A DNA stretch of 63,345 bases, filler included, from Asterionella formosa (GCA_002256025.1; 27 parts of 27 records of this genome joined end to end with filler, not necessarily neighbours in it); one strand, 5' to 3'; positions 1 to 11,775 are shown, counted from the first letter of the whole stretch. A program made the numbers and translations. Notes: generated by a model not told the origin, from the sequence alone.

Positions 1-2
1 GC

Positions 3-1226
3 AAAGTAGTGGGTACGGCTGAAACTTCTGATGCTGCCTCTATTCGCATTGATTCGGAAGAGAAGCAATGCGTTGTAGCTGATGAGGATGTCGAAGATAT
101 TGTTGAGTTGTCTACTGCTGATCCAACCGACATTGACAAGATGGTTCCTCCACCTGAAATGAAAATACCTCCAACTGCTGACACACTCGACATTGACGAG
201 ATGGATCCATCCGAAAATGTCGTACCTGCAACTACTACTGGTACACTTCTTGACATTAACGAGATTCTTGGTCCCCCTGAAAAGAGGAAACCCTTTCCCG
301 GTTGGCTAGCCAATATTGATGAGTTCGTCAACTCGCTCATAGTACCAGATGACTTTATTCTGGATGAAAGTGGGCTGGGATTGATTCATATAAAAGGAAT
401 CGACATAAAACATATATCTGTCAAGGTACTTCGAAAAATTTGCGTGAGATTTAAAGTGTCAGGGTACAGGAATGGCAAGAAGGACTCCACTATTTCCTTA
501 ATTGTCCGTTTACTGAAAAGAGACTGGCTGGTTGGTCAACTATACCCCCCCACTCCTATGATCACTTATAATGAAGTGATTGGCATCCACAACAACAACA
601 GGAACAATGATGAATCTATTATTGAAGATGAAGAAAAGAGTTGTGGCAATGTTGATATGGACTCTGATTGTTCACAGAAAGGGAAGAATGATGAAGCAGA
701 AAAAGACCCTGACTATGTTCTTAATTCGCAAAATAGCAGTGATGACGATGACAAAACATTGACTCTTCCTCCTCCTGTTGCAAAGAAGGCAACAAAAAAG
801 AAAAAGGCTACTGTAGCAAAATCAACTCCTCCAAGCAGTGTTACATGTGCTAACACATATTTTCGTGTCATCAATGTGTACATGTGTGAGCAACACAGAA
901 GTGATGTGTTGATGCTTGGTCAGCCTCCAACTATGGCTGAACTGGATGTAAGGAAATTCAGGCACAAATACATTTTCGATAGACTCATAACTACATTCCT
1001 TGATGATGAAGATGATGACAGCAATAATCTTGCATTTTCACAAGATCCTTATTGGGAACAAATGGGAATAGACAGTTGTTACCCAAAGACGTATGACGCT
1101 CTGTCCTCTGTCGAATTTTCTATGGCAATGGGGTACATTAACTATCATTACCAAATTGCATACAGGAACAACAAAAAGTCAGGAAGTCATGATGATTTTG
1201 TTAATTTTGTTGGAAACCGACCTTAG
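3..1226 (+). CDS. Probable Harbinger accessory ORF (DNA-binding partner protein), 5'-open and 3'-truncated
   Basis: Frame is open from the contig start. It has three degenerate N-terminal repeats (TADPTDIDKM/TADTLDIDEM/TGTLLDINEI), a SAP/HeH-like segment ISVKVLRKICVRFKVSGYRNGKKDSTISLI and a basic NLS-like KKATKKKK. It is convergent with a DDE transposase, a common two-ORF Harbinger layout. Confidence 0.6.
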   Translation, partial: KVVGTAETSDAASIRIDSEEKQCVVADEDVEDIVELSTADPTDIDKMVPPPEMKIPPTADTLDIDEMDPSENVVPATTTGTLLDINEILGPPEKRKPFPGWLANIDEFVNSLIVPDDFILDESGLGLIHIKGIDIKHISVKVLRKICVRFKVSGYRNGKKDSTISLIVRLLKRDWLVGQLYPPTPMITYNEVIGIHNNNRNNDESIIEDEEKSCGNVDMDSDCSQKGKNDEAEKDPDYVLNSQNSSDDDDKTLTLPPPVAKKATKKKKATVAKSTPPSSVTCANTYFRVINVYMCEQHRSDVLMLGQPPTMAELDVRKFRHKYIFDRLITTFLDDEDDDSNNLAFSQDPYWEQMGIDSCYPKTYDALSSVEFSMAMGYINYHYQIAYRNNKKSGSHDDFVNFVGNRP

Positions 1227-2165
1227 CTGTGAAAGGAAAAAGTTAAATGTATCCTGTGTTGGATCATCACGTTGTGAGCCAACAAAGGTAACAAGCATTA
1301 CATCAGACAATGTGTAAGCTGCATCGCCGACCAGATAAAAACCTGTGTTGAATGCTGCAACTCGATCGAAAATGGAAGTTTGTTCAAAAGCTACTTGGTC
1401 ACTGCATTTTCCCGTTGCAATTACACCAAAATAAATAAATCTTGAGTCAGCATCACAAACAGCCTGGACATTGATTCCATAAGTCATGTAGTGACCGGAA
1501 AAAAATGAACCAGGGTTGTTGCCACTTTCAACTATAGTCGGGCGGTTGATGGTGGCTAGGAAGCCGTCAATAGCACCAACACATCCTCTCATCATGCCCT
1601 CTGAGCTTTTGCATTCAAAGCTGGAAGCCAATTTGATAAATTCTTCTTGTTCTTTTGGAAAAACAATTTCGAGTTCTCCACAGTTTAGTACAGCATCAAT
1701 GAACAAATCACGACATCGATAAAGTGAAGCAATGCTACAGCCGTCGGCATGACGAATGTCGATGTAACTGCCACCAGCCAGCCATCGCAAACCAATGGCT
1801 ACCACAATTTCGGGAATTATGGGCTCAGAAGTGCCACATTTGGAATAATTCCCTGCAATCTGAATTTCCAGCATGGAGGTGAGTTTTTTGAATGCTCTGT
1901 GTGACATTCTGTATGTCTTCTCGAAAGCAATCTCGTGATTGAGTTTCTCGACATGTGATTGCCAGGAGATTCTTTCATGGTGCCACTTGTGCCTTCGTTG
2001 TCGTCGTCGTTCAGATGACTGAAGCTGCCGTTTACAGCGTCGCCTTTGTCGTTTGGATGAGTGTTCTTTTTCCTCTGCTTCCTTAGCTAAATGACAGAGG
2101 AAGAAGAAATCAAGATCACTACTGTCATCGTCATTATCATCAAGTAAATCAAATGGCGACGACAT
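1179..2165 (-). mobile_element. PIF/Harbinger (DDE_Tnp_4, HARBI1-like) transposase, C-terminally truncated
   Basis: Motifs FEKTYRM, LRWLAGGSY, CVGAIDG, NVQAVCD, GDAAY and FNFFLSQLR are present. The expected following segment carrying the catalytic Glu (xxIExAFG) is absent. Confidence 0.88.
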
Positions 2166-2256
2166 GATTCATGCAAATGTGTGTTTTTAATATTATATTT
2201 AGTTTCCCGGTAATTATATTTTGTTGTTGCTTGATATCAAGACCATCATTATATTC

Positions 2257-2356
2257 NNNNNNNNNNNNNNNNNNNNNNNNNNNNNNNNNNNNNNNNNNNN
2301 TTAATTAATTAANNNNNNNNNNNNNNNNNNNNNNNNNNNNNNNNNNNNNNNNNNNN
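2257..2356. other. Artificial contig linker N44-TTAATTAATTAA-N44 (first of 26)
   Basis: The identical 100-bp spacer, with stops in all six frames, recurs at 4611, 6966, 9320, 11674, 14028, 16382, 18735, 21088, 23441, 25793, 28145, 30497, 32848, 35205, 37554, 39903, 42251, 44597, 46944, 49291, 51636, 53979, 56322, 58664 and 61005. Contig lengths fall from about 2256 to 2241 bp. Confidence 0.99.
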
Positions 2357-2521
2357 AATATTTTCTCCGAAGTCACAAGAATGCGACAACTACAGCTGAT
2401 GTTGGCTGAAGCAAAATGTGCGGCGTAAATCAATGTGATTTCTTTTTGTTCCTCCTCTCGTTACGGTACGCCAGATCTCAACACATAATTTATTGTGACA
2501 TAATAATTGAATCAATTATTA

Positions 2522-3820
2522 ATGACACATCAAACAACCATAGCAATTTCAAAGCAAACCGAACGTATGCGGCTAGACGACGATCAAGGGTCGATGGAAG
2601 GCGTCATCAAGCTTGCTACTACTTATGAGGATATCCAAGACTTGGATTCTGACGAGGAGTCGTTCGTTGATCTCTATGCTGTCATTGAAGGTAGAGCAAG
2701 GTCCAAGCCATCCATTTCTTCACTGGATGATATCGAGCAGCAGACTCATAGTAAAAGCACCAGATTTAGCATCCGTTTGGAAGAAGAGGAACGAATTCAT
2801 CGCACCAGAACTGTGCGTCAGTCAGAACATGATCACCGACAAAGTGACCGAACACGACAGCATCAGCCCAGTCGAGACACTCCCCTTGAACAGAGGTATC
2901 GCTTTCATCAAGAGAACATGAAAATGAAGCGAGCGCCATTGTCGTCAGTGGATCGAGTGCCTATTGGAGCGGCAGAATCGTGTGACAGGAATAAAGTAAG
3001 CACAGGACACCGTCAATTGGAAGATAGAAAGGTCCCGACACAAGGAATATTGACTACTCAGTCTGATCATTCACGAGGAAGACGCAAAAGTTCACCAACC
3101 TCTTCTACTAAACCCCAAGAATTACGCTCAGTAAGCGCAGCACAGTCCTATCATGATCGTCCAGTTCATTTGCTTTCCATACCGTCCATACCAAGGAATC
3201 TTGGACCCCTGATACCCAACCCGGAAACCAGCTTGAAAACCTCAGACGGCAAGACTACTACTACAACGCGGCGTCCTTTGGGTAGACCAGCAGTTCGCAT
3301 CGAGAAATTGAAGGGAGACGAGGATCCTGGACCTCGACCTCGATGTGACGATATAGTGACCACACAAGGGAGAAATGGTCTCACTATGCATCAGAGACAA
3401 GTGGCTACTACTGCTTGTGCTGCGGATAGAAATCACATCATTGGACAAAAGCAAAGTGCTTTGCATCAACCAAGGTCTAACAGTTCACTGAACAGTGTGG
3501 AACCAGATCCATGGGATCACACCAATGACAAGTTTATGTGTACCAACGCTGCTGGAAAGAGCAATTCGGATACAAAAACGTCGTCCTTGGAAGCAAAAAA
3601 GCAAACGCGAAAATTTTCGTGGCGAAGTATCACCGCCTTAAAGTCAACAACCATGCTGTCGTGTCGCGTGTCATATGATAATGCTACTGCTTGGTCAGCG
3701 ACACGCAAATTGTCATCCTCCCCTTCTTGTGAGGCGCCAGCATATAGTCTCCGACGTGAGGATGGACAAGAAATGACAGATAGTAGCAGGAAGAAGTACA
3801 TGGACATGTTGTTCAGTTAA
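2522..3820 (+). CDS. Hypothetical low-complexity S/R/T-rich protein
   Basis: About 430-codon open frame with higher GC than its flanks; no recognisable domain; start codon uncertain. Confidence 0.6.
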   Translation: MTHQTTIAISKQTERMRLDDDQGSMEGVIKLATTYEDIQDLDSDEESFVDLYAVIEGRARSKPSISSLDDIEQQTHSKSTRFSIRLEEEERIHRTRTVRQSEHDHRQSDRTRQHQPSRDTPLEQRYRFHQENMKMKRAPLSSVDRVPIGAAESCDRNKVSTGHRQLEDRKVPTQGILTTQSDHSRGRRKSSPTSSTKPQELRSVSAAQSYHDRPVHLLSIPSIPRNLGPLIPNPETSLKTSDGKTTTTTRRPLGRPAVRIEKLKGDEDPGPRPRCDDIVTTQGRNGLTMHQRQVATTACAADRNHIIGQKQSALHQPRSNSSLNSVEPDPWDHTNDKFMCTNAAGKSNSDTKTSSLEAKKQTRKFSWRSITALKSTTMLSCRVSYDNATAWSATRKLSSSPSCEAPAYSLRREDGQEMTDSSRKKYMDMLFS

Positions 3821-4030
3821 TTCTTCATTGAGTATTGGTGTTGCAATTGCATCCCGAAGCCCTCTATTGCTTCCTTGTATCCTGTAAGGACACATCAGGG
3901 ACCAAATAGGCTGTAGATATGATCAAAAGTATGTCTGAAATCGATTGAAATCGTTTCGAAAAGTTTTAATAGAATTAGTAATCAATTGTAATCGTTCCAA
4001 AGAGTTCTAATACAATTTTGGGTTTTACTG

Positions 4031-4469
4031 GCAATTCCCGCTCCAGCTATCAGCCTCGACCTGTTCTCGTTAAGTTGTCGCTCTCAGCCACAACATGACA
4101 AATGAAACTGAGAGCTTTTGCCATACATATAATGTTACTGGTAGCTACTGGTACCAGGGTATACCAGTATGTGTATTCCATGCAACGACTGTCTATGGCC
4201 ACATTAAAAAATTTATTATTGTTTAATGCCGCAATTGTGTAGAATGAAATTGCTGATTGATTTGTGTATACTAACAGTGTGGCCAGTGCAGAGTTACATG
4301 TGAATTCCAACTGCTGGTACCACAACACATGTATATAGTGATCTATAATATATATGCTTGGAATACATACCACTGGGTACTGGGTATGTACTACCAGTAC
4401 TTGCATGTGTGTTTGTACAGCTGCCTGTGGTGTGGGGTCGATGAGACAGCAATTCCCGCTCCAGCTATC
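4031..4469. repeat. Perfect 21-bp direct repeat GCAATTCCCGCTCCAGCTATC flanking about 400 bp
   Basis: Copies at 4031-4051 and 4449-4469. Confidence 0.85.
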
Positions 4470-4712
4470 GTCTTACCATTCGGGTACTTCTAAGTAATTT
4501 CTTAAGTAATTTTTTTTTAAGGGCAATATGGGGCAAATCGAATTTTTCGGCAATAAAATTGCCGATTTTAGCATGACAACCAAAATAACGGTAATATGCA
4601 TGGAGATGGTNNNNNNNNNNNNNNNNNNNNNNNNNNNNNNNNNNNNNNNNNNNNTTAATTAATTAANNNNNNNNNNNNNNNNNNNNNNNNNNNNNNNNNN
4701 NNNNNNNNNNGT

Positions 4713-6965
4713 TTTGGTGAACAGGGAGGCTATGCGCAGCAGTCAGCCATGTTCAATGAGGAACAGAACAAGCTTCAACTGCAAAGTTCTTTGGATTCAG
4801 AAGGAGACCACCCAGAAGATTCTCATCAATCATTGGGGTCCAATGGCCTTGTGATCCAACCCGATTCAGCCCAGTCTAATCCATCACCAAAATCAAAAAC
4901 TCGTCAAATGGCGCAACAGTTTGAAAAAATCTCGATGGTAACAGCAGCATCACGGAACGCGACGATTGCGTCAACATCGTCCTCCTCGTCCATGGAACAG
5001 CGACAGCCAAGAAGCGAACGACCCAAGTCACTACCACCTAGAGCGAGGACTAGGACAATCGATAAGCCCGATGCGGAACAAATTCTGCAGGGTTTCAAGA
5101 TGCAACCACTGTCGATGTCTAACCAAACCGAGGCAGGAAACAACAGGGAACTTAATCAGCAAGCTATTCAAATGCAACATGAGATTGATCCCCCAGTTAA
5201 GGCAAAAATACCAGGTATTGACACTCAAAACGTTGCCACTGTGAAAGAACTGAAACGCCAACTCTGGGACGAGAGAGAGAAATTGCAGGTGGCCATTCAA
5301 CCTTCGTTTCGGTATAGTAGATCATCACGGTCGCTTTCACCGTCGAGACCACCATACAGCACTGCAAACAAGCCAGTCTTTAAATCGAAGTTCTACGAAG
5401 CTGCCGTGGCAGCGAGAAAGTCCAACACACGCCCAAAGCTTGTCATTGCACACCAACCTGAACATGCTGGAATGTCACAAACACAGCAAGGTATTGAACA
5501 TCTACCTGAACGGGCGGTGAGGCCAGTGACTGAACCCTGCAAACATTCGCATCAACTGTCTTCCATGAACCGAGATATTGAAATTCAGATGCAGCAAACA
5601 AGGCAACAGAAGCCAGAAAACCAAGGACGACCAACCACGCAACCCATGACAGTCGAGCAAACTGATTCGGGGATCAGTGAATCGAAATCTGTGTCCATGT
5701 TAGTTGCTCGATTGAATGCGATTTCTAGAGCTGATCCCGCAAAAGCCTTGACGCAGATTGATTCCATCTTGAGAAATGAAAGCAAAAGCAGTTCAGATCC
5801 AGATCCTCCAATGCGAATGAAGGAAATCGAACAAGACAAAGATTCTTCTTCAGATGACTCCAGTGGTGGTGAAACAAGTGTTTCGGGAATTACGGATCCA
5901 ACATACACGACTTTGAAATCATTTCATCCGGTAGAAGAAGCCAATCTTCTCGCGATGCGTACATTTCAGCGACCTCGTCCTAACTCCCTTCCATTGTATA
6001 CCAATCCCCCGTCTGCAACGAAGGAGCAATGCAAAACGGAACCGAAGAAACGAGAAGTGCAAAATCGGCGGGCACCTCCTCCAGCCACGATCAAGGTCCA
6101 TCCTAGCAAGGACGGGGGTCGAGAAGATTCTCGTTCCAAGCTAGATGGTCACTTTAGTAAGCCATTGGATTCCAGCAGTGCTGCTGCCATTGCTTTGAAG
6201 ATTCGATTGTGGGATGAAATGAGCCAACCCAGAGTAGAAGGTGAGGATGGAGCAACCGCAGTGACAGAAGAACTTGGAAGTATCGTGACACCAACCGATA
6301 CTGCGGGTGGATCGCCGACGAAGACACCTAAGTCAAGCTTGCTGCAAGAATCTCCTTCGTTTGGTTCTTGCTCATCGAGAGATGGAGATTTGGCCAGTCG
6401 TCGACGACACCCATGGGACAAGCATCATCCCAAGCACTCGCGTTCCGTGACATCGTCGCCAAAGGTGGTAGAAACCAGCATGGAAAATGGAATTGGATTC
6501 GAATTGAAGCAAAGCTTGCCAGCCAACAACGATACGCCGATGAGCCCACGAAAATCGCCACATGATGATTCTGATGATGCAGCGGGAGATCAACCGCAAG
6601 TATTTCGCCAAAGCAAAGATCCGCCTGCCAAGTTCGACAGACATATATCTCACCGGGCCTCGGCGAAGTCTCAAGGAAAAGACGAGAGCGCAACTGCAAA
6701 CAATGCGCAATCTCCATTAGCTCGATGGGTTCCACAGAACTCTTCACCATCACATAGCAAGCCTGGCTTCATAGGTGATGATTTTGTGATAGATCCAGCA
6801 TTACTCATGAAATCATCGCCCCTGGATACCCCAGTTGTTGCGAGAGAGACCATTTCAATGTCCTATTCTGAATTAGACTCGTCTGCCTGGGTAGAGTTGC
6901 CTTCCAATGCATTCTTTTGTAACCTCGAGAAAAATTCGAGTCGGTTTGGAGAAGCCCATTTCAGG
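4713..6965 (+). CDS. Internal fragment of a large disordered S/P/Q-rich hypothetical protein
   Basis: One frame is open across the whole contig (about 750 codons, no stop), with short helical islands (VKELKRQLWDE, LVARLNAISRADPAKALTQIDSILR). No recognisable domain. Confidence 0.8.
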
Positions 6966-7065
6966 NNNNNNNNNNNNNNNNNNNNNNNNNNNNNNNNNNN
7001 NNNNNNNNNTTAATTAATTAANNNNNNNNNNNNNNNNNNNNNNNNNNNNNNNNNNNNNNNNNNNN

Positions 7066-8395
7066 GTTGGTGCGGGGATTCCAGTGTGGGCGTGGACTCC
7101 GAGTTCCATCGGTCGCAACGTGATAACAAATTGCATGTGTCGCATGCTAGTTCAGAGACATCGCTCCACATGCTTGGGTTTGGTCCCCCCCCGAAAGTCA
7201 TCCGTAAAGCGAGAAGCGCTATATCATCGATAATGACTATGGCCTGTGACGCTGTGAGACTCGATGTATGTAGGCGGCGATACGCGGCTTTAAAATCTAA
7301 TTTAGTCATTAGAATTCGAGTGTCTGGATAGATTCTTCTTAGATCCACTATGTAGTGAATAAATCGTCGGAGTGCGGTACCATATCTACACGGTGTCAGC
7401 GAGTCAAATATGACACGTGCGTTGACGGAAGTCCCTGGGGAGAACTCGAATGATTGGTCGTGGGTCAGCCGGTCTTTGGGTATTATTTCCCCATGTGCGT
7501 TGATCATGGCTTGCGTCACTAGACCTATCGGCGCTACAACAGCGTGTGGTAGTAGGCGGATATTTTTCGGTGGGAGTGGGAGTTGCCAGCCTCTATCGAC
7601 TTCTTTGATTAGAAGTTTTGTAACTGTTTCCTGTTTCAGTTTCGCTGATCTGTGGTTGCCTCGCGCGACGGCGAGCTCCAAGTCGTGTAGCCTCTGCTCG
7701 TCCGGTAGAGGTTTGAGCGGGAATTCTACACCAGTCGTGATGAGAGTGACGAAACGTCCCCACAGCGGATGGTGGGATAGTAGAGGGCGCAGTAGGTGTA
7801 ATGCTCGGAATTCCGAACCTATACTGAGCGGGGAGTTGGCCTGGCTCGCAATTGCCTTGGTAATGTCTAGGTTGAACTGTACTAGTATCGCCCAGTTGTG
7901 GTTTGCCGCCTCAGTACTCCATTCGAAACGAAATGTTGGTGTGTTCATATGCGGTGATGGGGTATCTAGAATGCAATTGATGTGTCGGAGCAACTTGTTT
8001 TCCCACGTATGGCGTGATGTGTGTTGTTCGATGGTGGGGCTGGCGGGGAGTGGGGCTATTTGTGCAAATTGCCGCAGAGTGTCATAGCGGCGGTCGGGCG
8101 AGTTTGTGTCTGTGCTGTCTGGTACCCAAACATCTGTAGCTAGGATTGTGTCGTGATCTGTACAGTCGGAATTGCTACCACCGGTATAATAGCTTGACTT
8201 ACCCAGGATAGTTTCATTGTTGGGTTGCGGCATCCGCGTGCTGGAGTGTAGCAGGTGTGTGGGTGCCGGGTACAGTGGTGGGTGCGGTAGTGGTGATCTC
8301 GGTAGTGGTGGTAAGGCCGCTATCCTGGTACAACGTGCTGAGTCTGTATTCTGGCTGATCTCGTATACGTGCGAAAAACTTCGTGCGTGATGTGG
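7066..8395 (-). mobile_element. DIRS/Ngaro-like retrotransposon reverse transcriptase ORF (3' end off contig)
   Basis: Motifs GNHRSA, KEVDRGW, RLTHDQS, KLDFKAAYRRL and RMTFGGGPNPSMW are typical of tyrosine-recombinase retroelement RT. The frame is open upstream of the ATG at 8233 as far as 8395. Confidence 0.8.
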
Positions 8396-8564
8396 TTAAT
8401 AATTTTGAGATATCGGATGGGCGAAGCTTTCCCGACTCGGTGATGGTAAGTTTTGGCATTGTCGTCGTCTCGATTTTGTGCGCTACTATTGACGATGAAC
8501 CGCAATAGACTGTTAACTGCCTCGTTACTGAATGCGTTACAGGGACTACCCGGGTGTGCCCTAG

Positions 8565-9319
8565 TCAATTTGATGTGTTCGAACTGCGTGGTGTGGTCGA
8601 TGTCACATCGCGAATGGCCTCGGTGAAAAATGTTGCAAATGCTTTTTTGTTGTCGCCTGTTAACTGAACGTGTGCGTCTTTTCTATCACAGTTGTCTATG
8701 CAGATCCCTGATATCTGCCAACGGCAACAATTTGTTGCCCCATTCACTCTGGGTGCCTTTCGCAGAACTGAGGGCGGAAAAGCGTCGCGATAGAAGATGC
8801 CTGTCGGAAGTCGAAAAAGGATGTCGGCTCGCGGGTTGGCTACTGCTCTGCCTCGGATGAAATTTGTTGTGTTTTGTTGGTGGTTGTTTTCCTGCTGTTG
8901 ATGTCTGTTTCCTTGTTGCTGGTGTCTGCGATTGTTATCGTCGAATTGGTCGTCCCGAGTACGTTTGGAATGTAGAAAAAGTGCGGCAACCCGTGGATGG
9001 AGTGGTGAGGTCATGGGGTTTCCAACAGCGATCTGGCGTTGTTGTTGCGAGAAATCGAGGAGTTGAAAATCCATTTCTTGGACTGATTTTGCATACCTTG
9101 AGTTGCGCCAGAACGCCTGTATCATGTTGTCCATGATTGTAAGTTGGTGCGCGAAAAAGCGGAAATCAAGGTCGGAGCAATGCCTATAGGTAGCGCGATT
9201 TGCCTCGATATGGGTTAGCCACGTGCACAATCGGTCAGCAGTGAAGCAATTTCCTAGAACGAAAAGGACAATTGCGATCATGTTCTTAATGGTTGTTTCA
9301 AAATCTGCAACCGTCTTTG
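8565..9319 (-). mobile_element. Gag-like ORF of the same DIRS/Ngaro-like element with C-terminal CCCH finger (5' end off contig)
   Basis: CCRWQISGICIDNCDRKDAH zinc-finger motif, preceded by a Q/N/R-rich linker; lies directly upstream of the RT ORF on the same strand. Confidence 0.7.
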
Positions 9320-9829
9320 NNNNNNNNNNNNNNNNNNNNNNNNNNNNNNNNNNNNNNNNNNNNTTAATTAATTAANNNNNNNNNNNNNNNNNNNNNNNNN
9401 NNNNNNNNNNNNNNNNNNNTTGCTACTTTAAGCAAAGCTAGTTTCAGCAAATTGGTCCTTCTTTAAGCAAAGAAATCAATGGAAGCAAATGCCACAATCA
9501 TTTAGATTTTGATCCCACTATGCTTTGGTAATAAATGAAGCAAGCTCAGCCAAATATGATACGCCAGCATGCATCAGTCATGGTGTATAAATATGAAGAA
9601 ACTGGATAAAGCAAAATTACCACAGACCAACTTGCTTGGCTGCAAGAACTAGATATCGGTAATGCTGGTTGCATCAAAATAATAATTATAGTAGCCCACG
9701 AGCAAATAGTTCCAACTCTGGATACCTGCCATTGATTCAGAATCTCAACCATATTAACCAAGAAGATGATATCACCTATCATCACAAGTGGAACATCCAA
9801 CTTGCAAAAGAAAACATGAATATATGGAC

Positions 9830-10205
9830 CTGGGAATATTGTTGCACTGTCGTTGTTAAGAGATGCATTGATGTTCTCAAAGTACGTACCCTCATATCGA
9901 TTTCTTGTTTCTATTTGATCACTCCTGTGGGCATGACCGTCAGAAAGAAGATGGCTTAATTGTCGAACGAATGACTAAGTCCTATGGAGGCTGCAGGTGC
10001 CCCAAAACGGTTGAGAAATACAATAATAAAGCAAACACATGGTTACCTGGGACCTCACTTACCTAAGCTGGAACCAGGACAAACGCAATCACTGTTGTTC
10101 AGAGTAGATGACATCGGACCATTCTGGATGACTCAAGCTGAACGAGATGAAAAGCGCCATGACTTGCATCTAAGCCGTGTATTACGTGAAGTGACCATCA
10201 CGTAA
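9830..10205 (+). pseudogene. Relic of a Tc1/IS630-like DDE transposase
   Basis: Frameshifted pieces read CIDVLKV, FLFDHSCGHDRQKEDGL, MTKSYGG, YLGPHLPKLEPGQTQSLLF and IGPFWMT. FDHSCGH resembles the DNAxxH catalytic motif. Confidence 0.6.
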
Positions 10206-10565
10206 ATAACCCTAGTTGATTTTGAATGGATCACATGAATTATTTGAATACATCAAAATGCTTACTTGAATGTATCTATATATTATCTGAAAACATCACG
10301 TTAATTATTTGATCAGTGTATCATGCATGCATTCCTGATCATCACTATATTACGTGATCACTTCACATAGTAATTATTTGAAATACTTCACGTAATTATT
10401 TGAAATACTTCAATCAATTCTGTAATTTAGTTCACATTGCCTTATAATTTTGTTCACGTAATTCTATAATATAGTTCACATAGCGTATTAAATTTGTTAA
10501 CGTTATTCTGTAATTTTGTCCACGTAATTTAAAAGTACTATCAAATATGTTGACTAATTCAACTA
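10195..10565. repeat. AT-rich region with many TCAC(G/A)T(A/G)ATT motifs, likely transposon subterminal repeats
   Basis: Recurrent TCACGTAATT, TCACAT and TAATTATTTGAAATACTTCA (tandem at about 10370-10411), immediately after the transposase relic. Confidence 0.6.
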
Positions 10566-11775
10566 CAGGTATTTCACATTACATGGGAGACAAATCTCGA
10601 TATGCAATCAAACAAAGCAGTTCTTTCAGAATGGCATCTTCAGTATTGAGAAGGCAGGCATTATGAGACGTCTGTAAGGACAATTCAAGACAAACAGAAG
10701 CCGTTCATTCTGAATGAACAAATTATTCATTCTTGAACAGGCATCATGGTGCGAAATAGCAACAGGAATGCATCACACTGACTTCCTTCTTGTCCTTGAA
10801 ATGACTTCTTCATTGACCTGCAAAGATTTAGATAACAGCAGTGTGTCAGTAATTCATTTAATAGAACTAGCAATAGTAGCAGAAAGCAACACACACATGT
10901 GCTATTCAACTGTTTCACGGAGCAGTCAAATTGACAGCAAGACACCGGCATTAGCCACCAGGCAGCACCGCAACTCACTGATGCATTCAAAAGAATGCTC
11001 CTGTTGTGAAATGGACGGCTAAAATGTAAAATAAATGTATAGAATAATAACAAAAGCATGTGATTTATCGCTCGCTTTGCTGATGTGATGACAAAAACTG
11101 AGGATTAAGCTTACCTTAAAAAAATCTTCCATTGCGGGTCTCCATATTGAATCATTTCACCTTCTATCACTCTTGCTTTCAAAATAACACCTATTTTCTG
11201 AAAAGGCCTGCTCAAATGTCAAATGATTGTTGAGAACAGCAGCATATCATTATGAATTATCATTCACTTGGTGATATGATAGCAAAAATAGCACCCATTG
11301 CGGACGATCTCAATGTTGCATCACTCCACTTTTTGTTGGTGCAACCAACCATATGTGAGCTGATAAAAGATTTATTTATAGTAAGGCAGATGAAAATCTG
11401 GAAGGGGGATGCTAGTTGTAAGGGTCGTCCCCATATTGAAAATATATTGTTCACACTTTTGTTGAATGTTGGTTTTTTAATGAATTCAGAGGGTCAAAAA
11501 TCCTGGCGCAGCCATGACTTCCTCTTTGTACCAACAGAACCTACAATCTACACGGAAAAATCTGGCGCAGTCTTGTTAACAATTTCGCCGGGAAAAATTT
11601 CTGAGACTAGAAGTGTGACTTGAACAAATATGACAAGAGGGAGAGGACACAGCCAATAGTTTCTACTCCTAATNNNNNNNNNNNNNNNNNNNNNNNNNNN
11701 NNNNNNNNNNNNNNNNNTTAATTAATTAANNNNNNNNNNNNNNNNNNNNNNNNNNNNNNNNNNNNNNNNNNNNTC

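Noticed and set aside
2301..2312. TTAATTAATTAA as a regulatory or recombination site; ORFs ending in X...LIN
   Set aside because: It is a synthetic six-frame stop spacer, so ORFs running into N tracts have artificial ends.
4547..4565. Hairpin TCGGCAAT-aaa-ATTGCCGA as a terminator or Helitron end
   Set aside because: Eukaryotic context, no CTRR end at the expected distance and no supporting copies.
7410..8087. 225-aa plus-strand ORF opposite the DIRS RT
   Set aside because: Antisense shadow with no motifs. The same applies to the short antisense ORFs over trpAB, the copia copies and 60172-60747.
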